Origin: Neoechinorhynchus agilis
Taxonomy: Eukaryota; Animalia; Acanthocephala
Direction of reading: 5' to 3'
DNA length: 64,000 nucleotides
Assembly: GCA_051530055.1 (NCBI GenBank)
Contig: CM121342.1
Location: 12,167,480-12,231,479, forward strand
In this document: one piece after another, positions 13,209 to 28,147 of the stretch
Layout: every line of letters starts with the position of its first letter
How positions within the stretch are numbered: the first letter of the stretch is position 1
Program-made: the position numbers and the translations under genes
Notes under the pieces: model-generated
Seen by the model: only the letters and a program-made list of their open reading frames with translations
Told to the model about the DNA's origin: nothing
The model's database searches: none

Positions 13209-14783
13209 ATGGTCAAACAAAAGTCTGAATGGACCAAATACCTGGTTTCTTCGTGCATTATTGCATGTATCTCGGCCAGTTTCATGTTTGGTTACGGAAT
13301 AGGTGCGCCCAATCAATACTCGAAGTTCACTGAACCGTTCCTGGACAAGAAGTTCGAACTCTGTGATGTGAATGAAGAGACCTTCCGTATAGAGAATAAG
13401 TGCCCGAACGTGGCAAGCGTTTCATTCAAAGAGAGTGCTACTAAGTCAGACGGGACGAAGGACAATACTGATCTGGATAAGCTTGAGCAAAAGAAATTTG
13501 ACAGACAAGTCTTTGTACAAGAGCTCATCAATGGCATCAGTCAAACATTGTTCGTGGTTGGTAATTTAATTGGAGCTATAACAGGCCCATACTGGCTAAA
13601 ATGTTCCCGATTTTTTGACCGAAGAAGGATTTTCTACGCCAATTACCCGTTCACTTACTTGTTTGCTATTCTCATCATCGTGTCCTACTATAAGCGATGC
13701 GTTTCTTTGTTTTATATTTCTCGATTCGTGCACGGAATCCAAGGTGGTATGGCGTGTTTGATCGTTCCCCCTTACCTGAATGAGATAAGTCCTCAATCTC
13801 TTCGAGGAATTACTGGAACTTTTCATCAATTGTTTATAACCATTGGGATTTTGGTCGGGCAGTTGCTCGGGATTCCTCCACTATTTGGAAGATACCAATA
13901 TTGGGCAATAGGTCTTGCAATGGGATCAATTACATCAATTTTTGCTTTCTTTGTCACGCCGTTTCTTATGGTCGATAGTCCGCCTCAGATGGCCAACGTT
14001 TACAAAAACCAGGAAAAAGCTAAAGCGGCTTTAAGAAAACTTAAACAAGACCCGGCTGAGATTGATACAGAATTAATGCTTCTAAATGACGAAGCTAACA
14101 AAACCAAGTCGACGACGTCAATTTCCATTTTGGCACTTATCAGAGATCCTAGACTGAGGCCCCAGTTGATAACAACGCTTGTCCTTATGGGTGTTCAAGC
14201 GTTGTGTGGAATCAATGCTGTGTTCTTTTACTCAGGGAAGATGTTCCGAGTTGCTGGGATCAGCGAGGCAAATCTGCCATACTCAACCGTATGCACCGGA
14301 GTTGTGAACGTCATTGTTACAATTGCCGTTCTACCATTGATTGACAGATTCGGTCGACGACCTCTGATAATATATCCGATGGGAGTGATGGTTGCTCTGT
14401 TTATAGCCTTGACGGTTCTTGTCGAAGTTAATGCCACAAGACAGTCCGCGACGATAGCATGGTTCGCGGTTATTCTCATTGTTTTATTCATCGTAGCGTT
14501 CGCTATTGGTCTCGGACCAATCCCGTTTATCTACGCTTGCGAAGTGTTTAGACCTGAAGCCAGGGATGCAGCACTGAGTCTTGGAATGTGTATCAACTAT
14601 TTCTTCAATATTCTCCTTTGCCTCTTTTTCCCTGCTATTAATGCATTCCTTCGAGGATACGTATTCGTGATTTTTGGAGGAGTCGTGCTCGGTAGTTTGG
14701 TGATTTTGGCAGCGAAAATGCCTGAGACGAAGAACAAGTCCATCGAGCAGATTGAGATGGATATGCGAGGTGACTCTGCCTGA
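13209..14783 (+). CDS. Facilitative sugar transporter, GLUT/SLC2A family (class II-like), intronless, 524 aa
   Basis: Motifs YLNEISP..LRG, GINAVFFYS, DRFGRRP, GLGPIP, PETK and about 12 hydrophobic segments. VLMGVQ resembles GLUT5 VLMGGQQ. Confidence 0.93.
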   Translation: MVKQKSEWTKYLVSSCIIACISASFMFGYGIGAPNQYSKFTEPFLDKKFELCDVNEETFRIENKCPNVASVSFKESATKSDGTKDNTDLDKLEQKKFDRQVFVQELINGISQTLFVVGNLIGAITGPYWLKCSRFFDRRRIFYANYPFTYLFAILIIVSYYKRCVSLFYISRFVHGIQGGMACLIVPPYLNEISPQSLRGITGTFHQLFITIGILVGQLLGIPPLFGRYQYWAIGLAMGSITSIFAFFVTPFLMVDSPPQMANVYKNQEKAKAALRKLKQDPAEIDTELMLLNDEANKTKSTTSISILALIRDPRLRPQLITTLVLMGVQALCGINAVFFYSGKMFRVAGISEANLPYSTVCTGVVNVIVTIAVLPLIDRFGRRPLIIYPMGVMVALFIALTVLVEVNATRQSATIAWFAVILIVLFIVAFAIGLGPIPFIYACEVFRPEARDAALSLGMCINYFFNILLCLFFPAINAFLRGYVFVIFGGVVLGSLVILAAKMPETKNKSIEQIEMDMRGDSA

Positions 14784-15619
14784 TCACTAGTCCCAATGTG
14801 TGCGATTATTATTTACTCTTATTTATGATATAAAATTATATTACTTAGTGATTGTGTGATCGGGAGCCAAGCACACATAGCGCGCTTACTCTATGCAATC
14901 AAATCAATATTTTGATTCTGTCGGTAAAAAATTATTAAAGTAGATATCACGTATTTGTGAGTCACGATCATGTCGTTTTTAATCATGTTTTGTAAATCAC
15001 TATCCAGAAAACAATTGGTTCTTAAGTGCAGTGGCACTAATATCAACTCTACTGTACAATTTAATGACAATTGCGATTCGTAAACGTGAGAATTTTTCAT
15101 TAGTTTATTTCTTTGCATGGTTCTATACGCTTGATCTACTTTTCGTTCTCGTATAAGGAAATTTGAAATTTCGTAACTATCTGCTTCAGGCTGCGTAGAA
15201 CCCGGATTTAGCTGGAAAACCTTAAAATGTGCACTGGGCAAAATATAATTCCAAAATCTCCACTGTAATTTCGAAATTAATATTGAGGCAGAAATTGCAG
15301 AGTATCAAAGAGAAAACAGCAAATATTATGCAGACCGAAGGCAAATCCCAATGGAAATACCAAAAGTCATAGACACTAGCCATTTATTAAATATAAACGC
15401 TTGCAGTGTGGCTTCCTAGAAATTTTTATGCGCAAATACAAATTTAACTTGTTGGGGTGTTAGCTGCTTTAAATTTTCTAGTTTATTGTGCGTAATGTAA
15501 GTTGTGATTTTTTTTAAGATTTGCTTTAAATTCAATCAGTTAAATTTCATTTATTTTGAGATGACACAATCATAAGTAATTAGGTCGAATTTATGAGATT
15601 TCTCATAAATTTTTTATAT

Positions 15620-16225
15620 TCCCTGAGTTGAAAAGAAGAGCATGGCAAATTTTTTTTATTGAGTACATTGTAATTGATTTAAAAAATTAAAAAATTTGCA
15701 TTTCGCCTCCGAAAATAATCTAGCTCATCTTTGAAAACTAAACAAAGTTTATTTTTTACTTCACTGTCAATTCCATGAGTTGAAACAATGAGCATGAGAA
15801 ACAAATAGTGTATTGCGTACATTGTAATTAAGTTTAAAAGAAATTATTAATTTGTATTTCTCTTCCGAAAATAACCTAGCTCATCTTTGAAAACTAAACA
15901 AATTTTATTTTTCCCATGAGTTGCAAATATGATCATGATAAACATATAGTTTATTGAGTACATTGCAATAAATTAAAACATTATTAATAAATTTGCATTT
16001 CTCCTGCGAAAACAATCTCGATCATCTTTGAAAACTAAAGAGATTTTATTTTTTACTTCACTGATAATTCCTTGGGTGGCAAAATGAGCATGACAAACAA
16101 ATAGTTTATTGAGTGACTTAAAATTAGTTCAAAAATTATTAATAAATTTAAATATCTCTTCCGAAAATAATCTCGTTCATCTTTGACAACTGAACAGATT
16201 CAATTTTTTTATTGCACTGAAACTC
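15620..16225. repeat. Tandem array of four ~140-155-bp AT-rich units
   Basis: Recurrent gagttg..aa...gagcatg...ttattgagtacattg...ccgaaaataatct.g.tcatctttgaaaactaa, with units starting near 15620, 15773, 15916 and 16067. Confidence 0.85.
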
Positions 16226-16382
16226 AGAAAAGTTCATTTATACAAATTTTTGCGTTACTTTTTTTATTGTTAAATGTGCTCGAAATTTAAATGGTGAGGG
16301 TTCAATCGTTAAAAGTTAGTAATACGGTCTCTTTTCATCTGAAAAAATCGTTAGAATGATATATCACAGATACACATTTTAC

Positions 16383-17533
16383 CTTTGCTCTTTCATTCTG
16401 GAACCATACTTGAATTACTCTGGGTGTTAAACCGGTTTCTACAGCCAATTGTTCTCTTAGGCGCCTGGAAGGTTTAGGATTTTCATCAAAGGTTCTTCGA
16501 AATAATGTACGCTGTTGCATTGTTAAAACTGTCCGGGCGCGCTTCCTTCGTTGACCTTGCTGATTTTGTGGCATTAACGGAATTCGTGATTGTATGCTAC
16601 AGTTCTGACAAACTACAGTGGCTCCATCAAACGTGTAGCCATCACCCCGTTTTATCGGTACTTGACAATATGCACAAGAAAAGCACGTTTCATGCATGTG
16701 GACGTTTGGACTTAGCATGAAAATGGCATCGGATGGCAGGATGAATTGGGCGCATTTAGCACATCGAACTCCGTGAATTCTAAACAAATAATCGATGTGA
16801 ATAGACAATCAAGATCTAAAAGTAAATCTGCGTGCGCATTATTCTTTTAGAAATTTTAAGTGGCTGGCAATAGGAACAATTAACAATAGAAAGCTTGACG
16901 AGTAAAGCATTTAATTTCAACCGGTCCTTTCGTGAGAAAGGGAAACAATAAATTCGGATTGAAGTAGCCGGCATCAGTAACGTGTGAGATCGATCGAGAT
17001 TTTCGATATTAGACTTAAAAGCATCTTATATTTTTATAAGGATCCACACATCAAACAATGCGCCTTTTATTCCCTCCTCTACAATCCGGAACAAAAAAAT
17101 TACGACCGTAAATGCAATTGATATCAATCATAACCGTAAATTGCTTTACGGTAAAATTTCAAAATTTCAAGAAAGTTTACTGTGAAGACTTAAATGAATT
17201 TCTGTAGAAAGCTTACAAGATTATTTGTATTCTTTATAGTTTATATTTACATTAATGAAAAAATTTCGTGACAAATTTTTTTTATCGAAAGTTTAATAAA
17301 AGAAATTCAAAATTGAAGTAATTTCATTTTGTTACTTACCTCATAAAATCTTCAAAACAAAACAACGTTCCGTAGCAGTCAAAACATCGGTCTTCAAGAC
17401 GTTTTCCGCACATCCGACATGTAAGACAGTTGCAGTGATGTGGATTTCCATTGATATACAAAGCATCCTCCTGAATAATGAATTCCCCGCAGGTTTGACA
17501 AGTAATAATGCTAATCCCTTTTCGATCGCACAT
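16383..17533 (-). CDS. Lmx1: LIM-homeobox transcription factor, Lmx subfamily; exons 17533-17340 and 16779-16383, 3' exon(s) not resolved
   Basis: Two LIM domains and the homeodomain RKRARTVLTMQQRTLFRRTFDENPKPSRRLREQLAVETGLTPRVIQVWFQNERAK, closest to the Lmx1 pattern. The GT-AG junction AG|A restores FMRIHGVRC. Confidence 0.85.
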
Positions 17534-18929
17534 CTAAAAACTAAAAATCGCGATTCCGATTTAAAGTATATACCTTTTAACAAACATCCATTAATTCTGG
17601 CATCGAGCAATGCTCCCTTCCTGAGGAGATGCGGGTGCGAACGATAAGATGCATCCAGCCAACGACTGTACACTGATATTCGCAGCCAATCAGAGCGTGA
17701 GACTGGCGATAGGCTGTAAAAAATTTTTTTATAGTAGATAATTAAAAGCATTTGGGGGATATTTAAGAGGTATTAATTTTGCCTTCTATTAGTAGTATAT
17801 AATTCCATTAAATGTACACTTGCGATGTGTTATTATAAAGTGTTGTTGCGACCAAATAACTTACAATATTCTGCAAATCAATTGCAATTTTATATTCGTT
17901 CTAATTGCAATCTATTCCCTCAGATACATTCACTTAACCTTAATTAACGTTTTTACAGTTCTTAACCTTATCAATATTGGAAAACTGTCAGGAGCACAAG
18001 TTGTTCAACGTCTCATGATGCAATCATCGTGCTTTCTTAAGTTAGTTGGCCAACGATTGTCTACCAGAAATCAAAGACGGTTCTGCACAACAGGAGTCTT
18101 CACTTGAGCAACAAAGAGAGCTGCCCATGCGTCTGGATTTTTTTATTGGCACCTCAAGTCTTTTCCGGTTTCATTTAACTGAAGACTTGATTACAATTTT
18201 AATACAAGTTTATTACTATTCCTCGAGTGATTAATGGTGCGTTCTATGTAACACAAGTGATACGATATTGTAATCTTGCAATGCGACACACCGTGTGATA
18301 TTTGTTTGAAGCGAACATCCGCAATCGACGGATATTTTTATTCAATATGGGAATGTTCGAACTTAGTTAATCATGTTCAATGTTGTCCAACCTGTTACCC
18401 CATATCGGTGGGCTATGTGCCCTAGGAAAAATGATCAGCTATCTTGGGATTAATATTAAATCCAAGTTTCGACTGCGGACCAAAAAAAATTTACGGCGCT
18501 AATTTTACTTTTAAGTACAATAAAGTGCATATTGTAAATGAACAAAGTTCCTATACTTTAAACACTAATTTCTAAAGTTAGAAAGGAAATTTAGCTTAAA
18601 AAATATTGCAGTTCAGCATATTACGTAAAGTCAAGTGATGATTTAAATTTCAATATTGTTCTTCAGCCGATAACTTTTTAGCACTTAACAGTCTTTTTGC
18701 GATCCAATATTCCGCCTGCTTAATATCAGTTCCCTTTTAAAGTTTTAGATTCAAATGCATTTAATATTGCTGCCAGCTCAAAAAATTACAACTAATTGGT
18801 AAGTCGTCGCGAAAAAATCCTTCGGAATCATAGAGTTGGAGATGTGGTGATAATAATTCTCGGGATAATACATATTTTATTTAATTTTTAAAGCATGTTA
18901 GTTTAGTTTTTTTCGATGGGAATGGCGGA

Positions 18930-19300
18930 ACATTTTTATCCTCCATTGCCTCAAGGATGCATCCAGTATTCCCTTTCTGAATCGCCCGGCTGATTCTGTA
19001 TGGGGATCCTTTGTTGTTGCGACCAACCATTCTCCGACCTTGGCTAGAAATTCTGCAGCGCTTACTCCGACGGTACCATTTGTTTCAATGATGAGAGGTT
19101 GAAAAATGTAGAAAGACAGATCGAGGCATTTGTTTTTTCCTTTTTCGGTCTTCGGCCCTTTTCGCCACATAACTTGTTCCTGAAACTTCAAGCAACAAGT
19201 AGTTCTTAGCAATCGCATTAGGAAAAGTGAAGTCCCATACTATGAGACGGCATTGAAATATTTCGCAAGGAAGCATTGTATCATCAGTCCAACCTAATAA
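18930..19300 (-). mobile_element. Frameshifted relic of the RLE endonuclease domain of a CRE-like retrotransposon
   Basis: LIVWDFTFPNAIAKNYL...AKRAEDRKRKK and YIFQPLIIETNGTVGVSAAEFLAKVGEWLVATTKDP occur in adjacent frames, matching the LVWD.T...AE..K..KY...F.P.A.ET.G pattern. Confidence 0.75.
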
Positions 19301-19321
19301 AATATTTTTATCCGAGATAAC

Positions 19322-19416
19322 CATTATTTTTAAGTCTACACCCGGTAATTGATTATTTATTAACGAAGTTTCGAACCTCGTCGGGTTCATCACCGGGTGT
19401 AGACCTAAACAATAAT
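19322..19416 (-). mobile_element. Truncated copy of the hammerhead-bearing element enclosed by ~24-bp inverted arms
   Basis: Minus strand reads ...tctacacccgg-TGAT-GAACC-cgacga-GGTTC-GAAAC-ttcgttaataaa...ccgggtgtaga. It is homologous to 28148-28240 and to the 62-bp satellite unit. Confidence 0.7.
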
Positions 19417-19504
19417 TCCAATCACATTCCCCAGTACCTCACATATCTACATCATTATTTTTAAGATTTTACTTCTCCTTTGCATCCACGCGTAAGTGAC
19501 TAAA

Positions 19505-20240
19505 ACCTCTTTCTCGCAGTAGAACTGTAAAAATAGTCGTTAACTTTCGTCAGGATTAAACTTAGCTTTCTTGTAACGCAATGGCTTATAGCTTTATACA
19601 AAAAGGATAATACAATAATGAACACAATAGTGATTTGTTTTATCAATTGCTAATAACTTTTTGAATTTATGTTTCATGATTTTACGCAAAAAAAACGTTC
19701 TTGTGCTTTTAATGCTGATTTTCAGCTGCATAGACCGTTTTCGGTCGCTATTCTCATCTATATCACCGATTGAAGTTCATAAAAGACACCGGAATTCGAC
19801 CAAAAAAGCAATTTAGCTGTTAAGACTTGATAAACAACTTCGGCTATTCCTGATGTTGTAAATCGGTTGGTGTCATCCAATTTAGTAGGTTGTTGCAAAT
19901 TATACGCCTATTTACGCTTGCGGAATTGGAGAAAGTTAAGACACGCGATTTACCACGTTCAAATGACAACTAGCTAAAATTAAGCAAGTTCATTTAGTAC
20001 ATCTTAACGCGTTGATTCCATAAAAGTTTTCAGATCAGCGTTGGCTTTCATAGCTCTAGAATTGTTTTCGGTTCAATTTTGAGACAAAATCGTTTTCTTC
20101 GCAGCAAAACTGTAAAGATAGTCGTTAATTTTCGTCAGATAAACATTTCAAGCGATTAGTTGGCTTATAGCTTCACGCAAAATGTATAATACAACAATAA
20201 ACACAATCACGACTTATTTTAAAAATTTCTAATAACCTGC
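19505..20240 (+). repeat. Pair of diverged ~150-bp direct repeats (about 19505-19660 and 20093-20240)
   Basis: Shared ctcgcag.a.aactgtaaa.atagtcgttaa.tttcgtcag...tggcttatagctt...ataatacaa.aat.aacacaat...ctaataac. Confidence 0.7.
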
Positions 20241-20419
20241 TCACAATCGAATCCGTGTATCTGATACTGACTGTTTAAAGTGACTTTAAGATCATGGGTA
20301 ACGCATTATAACTTTCAATATACAATAGAAAACTTCAAGCTCACCAACTGACTTGATCTATTCTCTAATTTTTCTCTGTAAATTTTCTCAATCACAATTA
20401 TAATAACACGTTTGGTTAG

Positions 20420-20512
20420 TCGTGAGCACTCGAGTTCTGATTTGTTCAATGAATGTGGGTATTGATTTTGGAGTGGATTACGGGTTCGGTGGGGTGGGAA
20501 TATCCAGTATCA
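20420..20512 (-). mobile_element. Short 3'-end fragment of the LINE family seen at 51240-52335
   Basis: cactcgagttctgattt...aatgaatg.gg...ttgattttggagt.gattacgggttcggt is shared with 29405-29590 and with the reverse complement of 52150-52325. Confidence 0.7.
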
Positions 20513-20699
20513 AAACTTGGGTTTCGGATCATGTTCCCTCAGCAATCTCCATATAACTCTGTGCGTATATTATGCTCATGTTGACGAATGCACACTTTCC
20601 TTCAAGTTACTTTTTATGTAGCGAAGATAGGTAAGTTTGTGCAAGTCGTCCCAAAAATAGATGTCTCAAATGGACTTGTATTTTACTTCCTCACAGACG

Positions 20700-23333
20700 A
20701 TGCTCTCCGCAGTTATGTACATGATGACTTTCAGTCAGGCATTTGTCCCGCATCCACTTGTAAAGTTCGCAGGTGAAACGCCCCACTCCATTACTCATAA
20801 GCAGATTACCGAAAAAGGCTTCATTCGGAGCCTTCTAAAGCTCGTAAATGAACAGCGTCAACGTACAGGGAAGCCTGCTATGGACATGGGTAAGAAATCC
20901 AGCCTTAGCAAGATTGTAGACGCTTTTATAGACGAGGCACCAGGACTTTTTGAGTCAGCTTCTGTTAATCTTGAATGGGATGCAAAAAGGGCTGCAGATT
21001 GTGGCGTTTTTAAAATCCTGAAAACCATTGTTAATGAAAACGCAATGCAAGATATAAGAAGCTCGACTAAGAAGGTTCCTAGTGTGCATTTTGACGCTGA
21101 ACGGATAATCGAAGGTAACGATAGACTTAAATTGGAAAGGCGGATTGCGGTGGATAGTGTGTTTGAAGGAAAATGGAAATTGGCAAGATTGAGTATCGGA
21201 CGATTACTTCATACTCTCCAAGATTTTTATAGCCATACAAACTGGGTTGAAATGGGTAAAAGTATTCCGAACTATAATCTGGGAATCAATGACGATATCG
21301 GAAAAGTGGCTCCTGCAACAGTAGATACCTGCTTTAACGAAGGATGTGAAAAGATTGTTTTCAAGAGATGATGCTGTGGTAAGTGCAGACGTACTTCGCG
21401 ATCATTTAAAATGTTTCAGACGTAAGGATTTTTAGTAACATAGTAAGCTGGACAGAAGTATAGTAATTTTGCACATCTTTGACTTTTACTGATTTTAGTA
21501 ACAATCAATTGTCTGAACTATTCCAAAGCGGTAGAATATAAAAACTAAGATGCGAACACAGAATTATTCACAAAAGTAGAAGATTGACCTACGAAAATAA
21601 GTTCAACAGATCGATAAAAGTTACAATATTACTTGGCAAATACGCTATCGATAGGATGTATGGCTATTCAAAACCGTGCCTACTATTTCTGCACTTAAAT
21701 GATACTTTGAAATTAGACAAAAACCCAATAGTATTTGCATCGATTCCTAATTTTCTTATTGCTCATTTTCCTAAAAAGTAAAACTATTATACAAACTCGG
21801 AATATCTACATCTCTTGACATTAATATTCATACTTTTCTAATTTTGTTTTGAATTAATGGTACCTGCAATCGGTTTCAGTTCAGACCCGTTTCCTTTGAA
21901 TATTTTTGAAGAAATACTGTATTTTGTCGTTCTTAAAATTTTCAAAATATATTTTCTCGTACCTTAACTCCTTCTCAGACTGTTTCAATCACCTCTTGCC
22001 ATAAGAGAATGCAACCATTGGCAACGATTGACGCTTCGTCGTTGTCCACTTATCTACTATAATTGTAACGGAAATCTAAATCCGAAACTTGCAAAAGAAA
22101 ATCTGTTGACTAGTGGATATAGCGAAAATCAATATGACGAATTCGGTCGATCAATTCAAAAACCATCGTCTGAGGGAATAAAGAAAAGTGGATTAGGACG
22201 AAAATGCTCGCATGGTGGAATATTTGACGGAAGTTCACACAATGTTGCTGTAGGTTGAGGTTGTTGTTGAACCTGAGATATTTGTCAAAATTAATTTAAG
22301 AAGCTTCAACCCGAATCTAAGATTGAAACGTTTGATAGATCTTTGATAGGAAGACCCCTTGTTCTTGTTGGATGTTAAATGAAAAATATTCAAGGTTAAT
22401 GGAATTAAACGCGGGTTACCGAACAAAACGACGATTATATTTTTCATTTATAGATTCCTTAGAAATCGCATTATGGTAGATTAATGGTCGAGTTCTTTGA
22501 AGATAAATTCGAGTCTTTATTCACAGTAGATCTGATGTAATTTTAGCAACCACTTTCTTGTGGAATTTGAAAGAGGTAAATTATGCTTCACGAATCATTG
22601 AAATATTTTCCATTTTCTTACAGTGGAACAACCGCAACAATTAGGTGGAATCAATAAAGACACAGTGGACGCTCTTTATTCACCTCACCACTACCTACAC
22701 TTTGAAGCAGCCAGAGTTAGCGTCCTGGCTACTGAGCATTTTTTCGACGTTTTGCGTGAGGAAATAGGTGATGTGAATTTCGTAAAGCTTTTTATGGTGA
22801 TTGACGAAGACGAACTAGAAACTTACAAGACCGACAGTTTAACGGAACCTTTAACATCCACAGATACAGATTCCAAAGACCAATGTACGGTGACGATAAG
22901 GAAAAGAATTGGCGAAGAAACTATAGACGAGATCGAAGAGACATCCTGTAGAAAAGACAAAGAAATGCTTAGCCAAATTCTCTCTGAAACTGCAGACCTG
23001 ACTCTAAAGTCTCTACAAAACAGTATAATTGCGAGTGAAGATACACCACGATCAGCGGTAGCGGCGCTCGTCGCAAGCAGCTCTAAGTTACTCAGCGGAC
23101 CTGTCAAAATAGATACTCTAAATCGACCAACGACGTCTAGAGTAGTCGGTGCTGTTGGTAGCTTAGTTCAAAACCTGCATATGTTTACTCAAGATACTTT
23201 TAAACAGCTCGTATCAATGGTCGATGGGAGAGACATGCCTTCAGAACATGAGGGCACAGGCGCCATTGAAGATGATATTAGAGATGTTTTACAGATACAC
23301 GACTTGTCCGAAATCGAGCATGCAGAATTTTGA
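20700..23333 (+). CDS. VWA7-like secreted protein (N-terminal HET-C/Zn-PLC-like domain) without a recognisable vWA domain; one splice junction unresolved
   Basis: Signal peptide MLSAVMYMMTFSQA; SITHKQIT, HFDAE, LHTLQDFYSHTNWVEMG, LLTSGY, KCSHGG.FD, GGINKD and SPHHYLH motifs are typical of VWA7. Coding segments at about 20700-21356, 22000-22253 and 22644-23333. Confidence 0.8.
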
Positions 23334-23949
23334 ATTGTTCATAAATGATCGTGGTCGTGTTTTTTCTCAAATTAATAACCGAATTTTACGCTTATATAAT
23401 TTAGTTTCGCATAAAGCCGAAAACATGGATATTGATTCATCTCTTAAGAGTGCGGATAAAACACTTTTACAATACCTGAAGAAGCCGTAAGACAGCGAAA
23501 TCTCAAGAATAAAGATTCAAGCCATCATTCTAACAGCCCTCTCCCAAGTGTCAATTTAAAAACAAAACTTTATCAATCGTACGGCTAGAAAATTAAATAG
23601 TATTTGACAGGATTATCACGTCTTAAGCAATCGGTGCTGTAATCTTAAAAATAGTGACTACCTTGTCCAAGGATTCGTAATTCAGTTATGTTACATAGGA
23701 TAAATAGTTGTCGGATTTCGATTATTCGAGCTTGTCAATACAGTCAAAACAATATTGGTCAATGAAACCGATCCCAAAGCGTAATCATCGAAAATCGTAT
23801 TTTCGAAGAAACATGTTGGTAGCTAGTTTTTATCGTAAACTGATTTCATGGTGAATATTGACTGTGTATGTTATGCTTGCTTGAACCTAGAGAACATCGA
23901 CATATATCAAGGGTATCACACTTTGGGTAATCGTTCAATTGGTAATGCG

Positions 23950-24329
23950 CCCAATTATCACTATTTTAATGTTAGCGGATTTATTGTTCGAAGTCGATTC
24001 AAAACCACTTGAGATTAAAGCAGGCGTAGACTTGGAACATCCTTCCACTCTCCCAGGTAAGCTGATAAATCAACCTTTTTAAAGTGATTTTGGCCTGCTC
24101 AGATTTTACTGTATCCACCATGGTGACTGATGTTTCGGATTTAATTGTTTCAAAAAGACTTCAAGCAGGAGAATCGTATGATCAACACTCTTTATCATTT
24201 TCAGAAGATATAAGACCAACGATAAAATGCTTACGTGCCATTTCAATCACCGCAGCAGCTATAACGATTGTAGGAATCGTGATTTCAGCTCTAATCGGAA
24301 TTATACTTGCATTTTATCCGAAAGTGTAA
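23950..24329 (+). CDS. Spliced exons encoding a C-terminal transmembrane helix; either a small separate gene or an alternative 3' end of the VWA7-like gene
   Basis: A GT-AG intron (about 24057-24102) joins ...EHPSTLP to DFTVSTM...ITAAAITIVGIVISALIGIILAFYPKV*. Confidence 0.35.
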
Positions 24330-25111
24330 GTATATAAAAGAAATTTTCCTCGTTCCATTCGTTGCTCGTGTTGATTATTTAGTCAAGCATACAATATGAA
24401 GATCAATGAATTTGATGCGGAAAAGATACCCGAAACTATCACGATAGATGTTTCTCCAGCAGAAAATGATTTTAGTATTCGCGAAAGCGACTTTCAATTA
24501 ATATGATTGGCTGTGATCATTAGAGAAAGCAATTAATATGCTTATAGTAGAGTGTTGTTATTAAACGATCATTTTGCTGTTAACTCTTTACGAGCGGCAA
24601 GAGTATTTAAAATTGTTCGAACAAAGTAATGTGAATTGACTTCTATTGAAAAGTCAAACAAGGTTTACGCTAAAGACCTCAACTCGAATAGCTCGGTGTG
24701 TTCTCAGAAATAAAGTTCACTAATGGCACAAAAAGATAATATCGGTTCTAAGTTCGTAGATGTCCTATTCCGCTTCACGAATAAGTGCCCATTAAAGAAG
24801 TCGACCTCTGATTCAATATTTTCTTAAGTTTTTGAACCATGCACTACTTTTTTCAATTGCATCAATGAATTGCATTCTATAAGGACAAATAGAAATGAAG
24901 GTAGTACAAGTGCTGCAAAGAGAATGACACCACGCAGAGGCCAATACTAGAGAGTGACAAGAACTCACGTGACTCACTCCTTTTTGTTTAGCAAGTTAGG
25001 CACAAGCGCGACAAAGGTGCTCAGAGCAACGGCTAAACTTTCTTCTTTTTTGTCGAGTAATTTTTAGGTGTCTTCGTGGTGGCGTCGTCGAGTAAGAAGA
25101 GCAAAATCCTT

Positions 25112-27957
<2,846 letters not shown>

Positions 27958-28147
27958 GAATGAAAGTGTAGCAAGTATAATTTAAGGTTCAAAGAAAATG
28001 TTTGTTTAAAGTGGCACCCGAAAGATTACGATCATCATTATTTTTGTTTTATCTTTCCCTTGGCCATTAAATCATCCGCAGTTGTTGATTACTACAAGCC
28101 AAAAAACCTCGTCGTGTTCATAATCAGTTCTAAAATACAAGTGGTTA

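Noticed and set aside
781-17108. Identical 17-mer caaaaaaattacgaccg at 781 and 17092 (reverse complement is Sm-site-like)
   Set aside because: Low complexity; roughly expected by chance in an AT-rich 64 kb, and no snRNA or SL RNA context.
19250-19295. Hammerhead-like CTGATGAT...TTGC-GAAATATTTC on the minus strand
   Set aside because: No helix I, and it lies inside the CRE coding relic.
23470-23510. Hammerhead-like CTGAAGAA-GC...GC-GAAA-TCTC
   Set aside because: Helix II is only 2 bp, there is no helix I, and it overlaps a possible coding end.
24400-25110. Heat-shock elements upstream of Hsp70
   Set aside because: No convincing array of alternating nGAAn units was seen.
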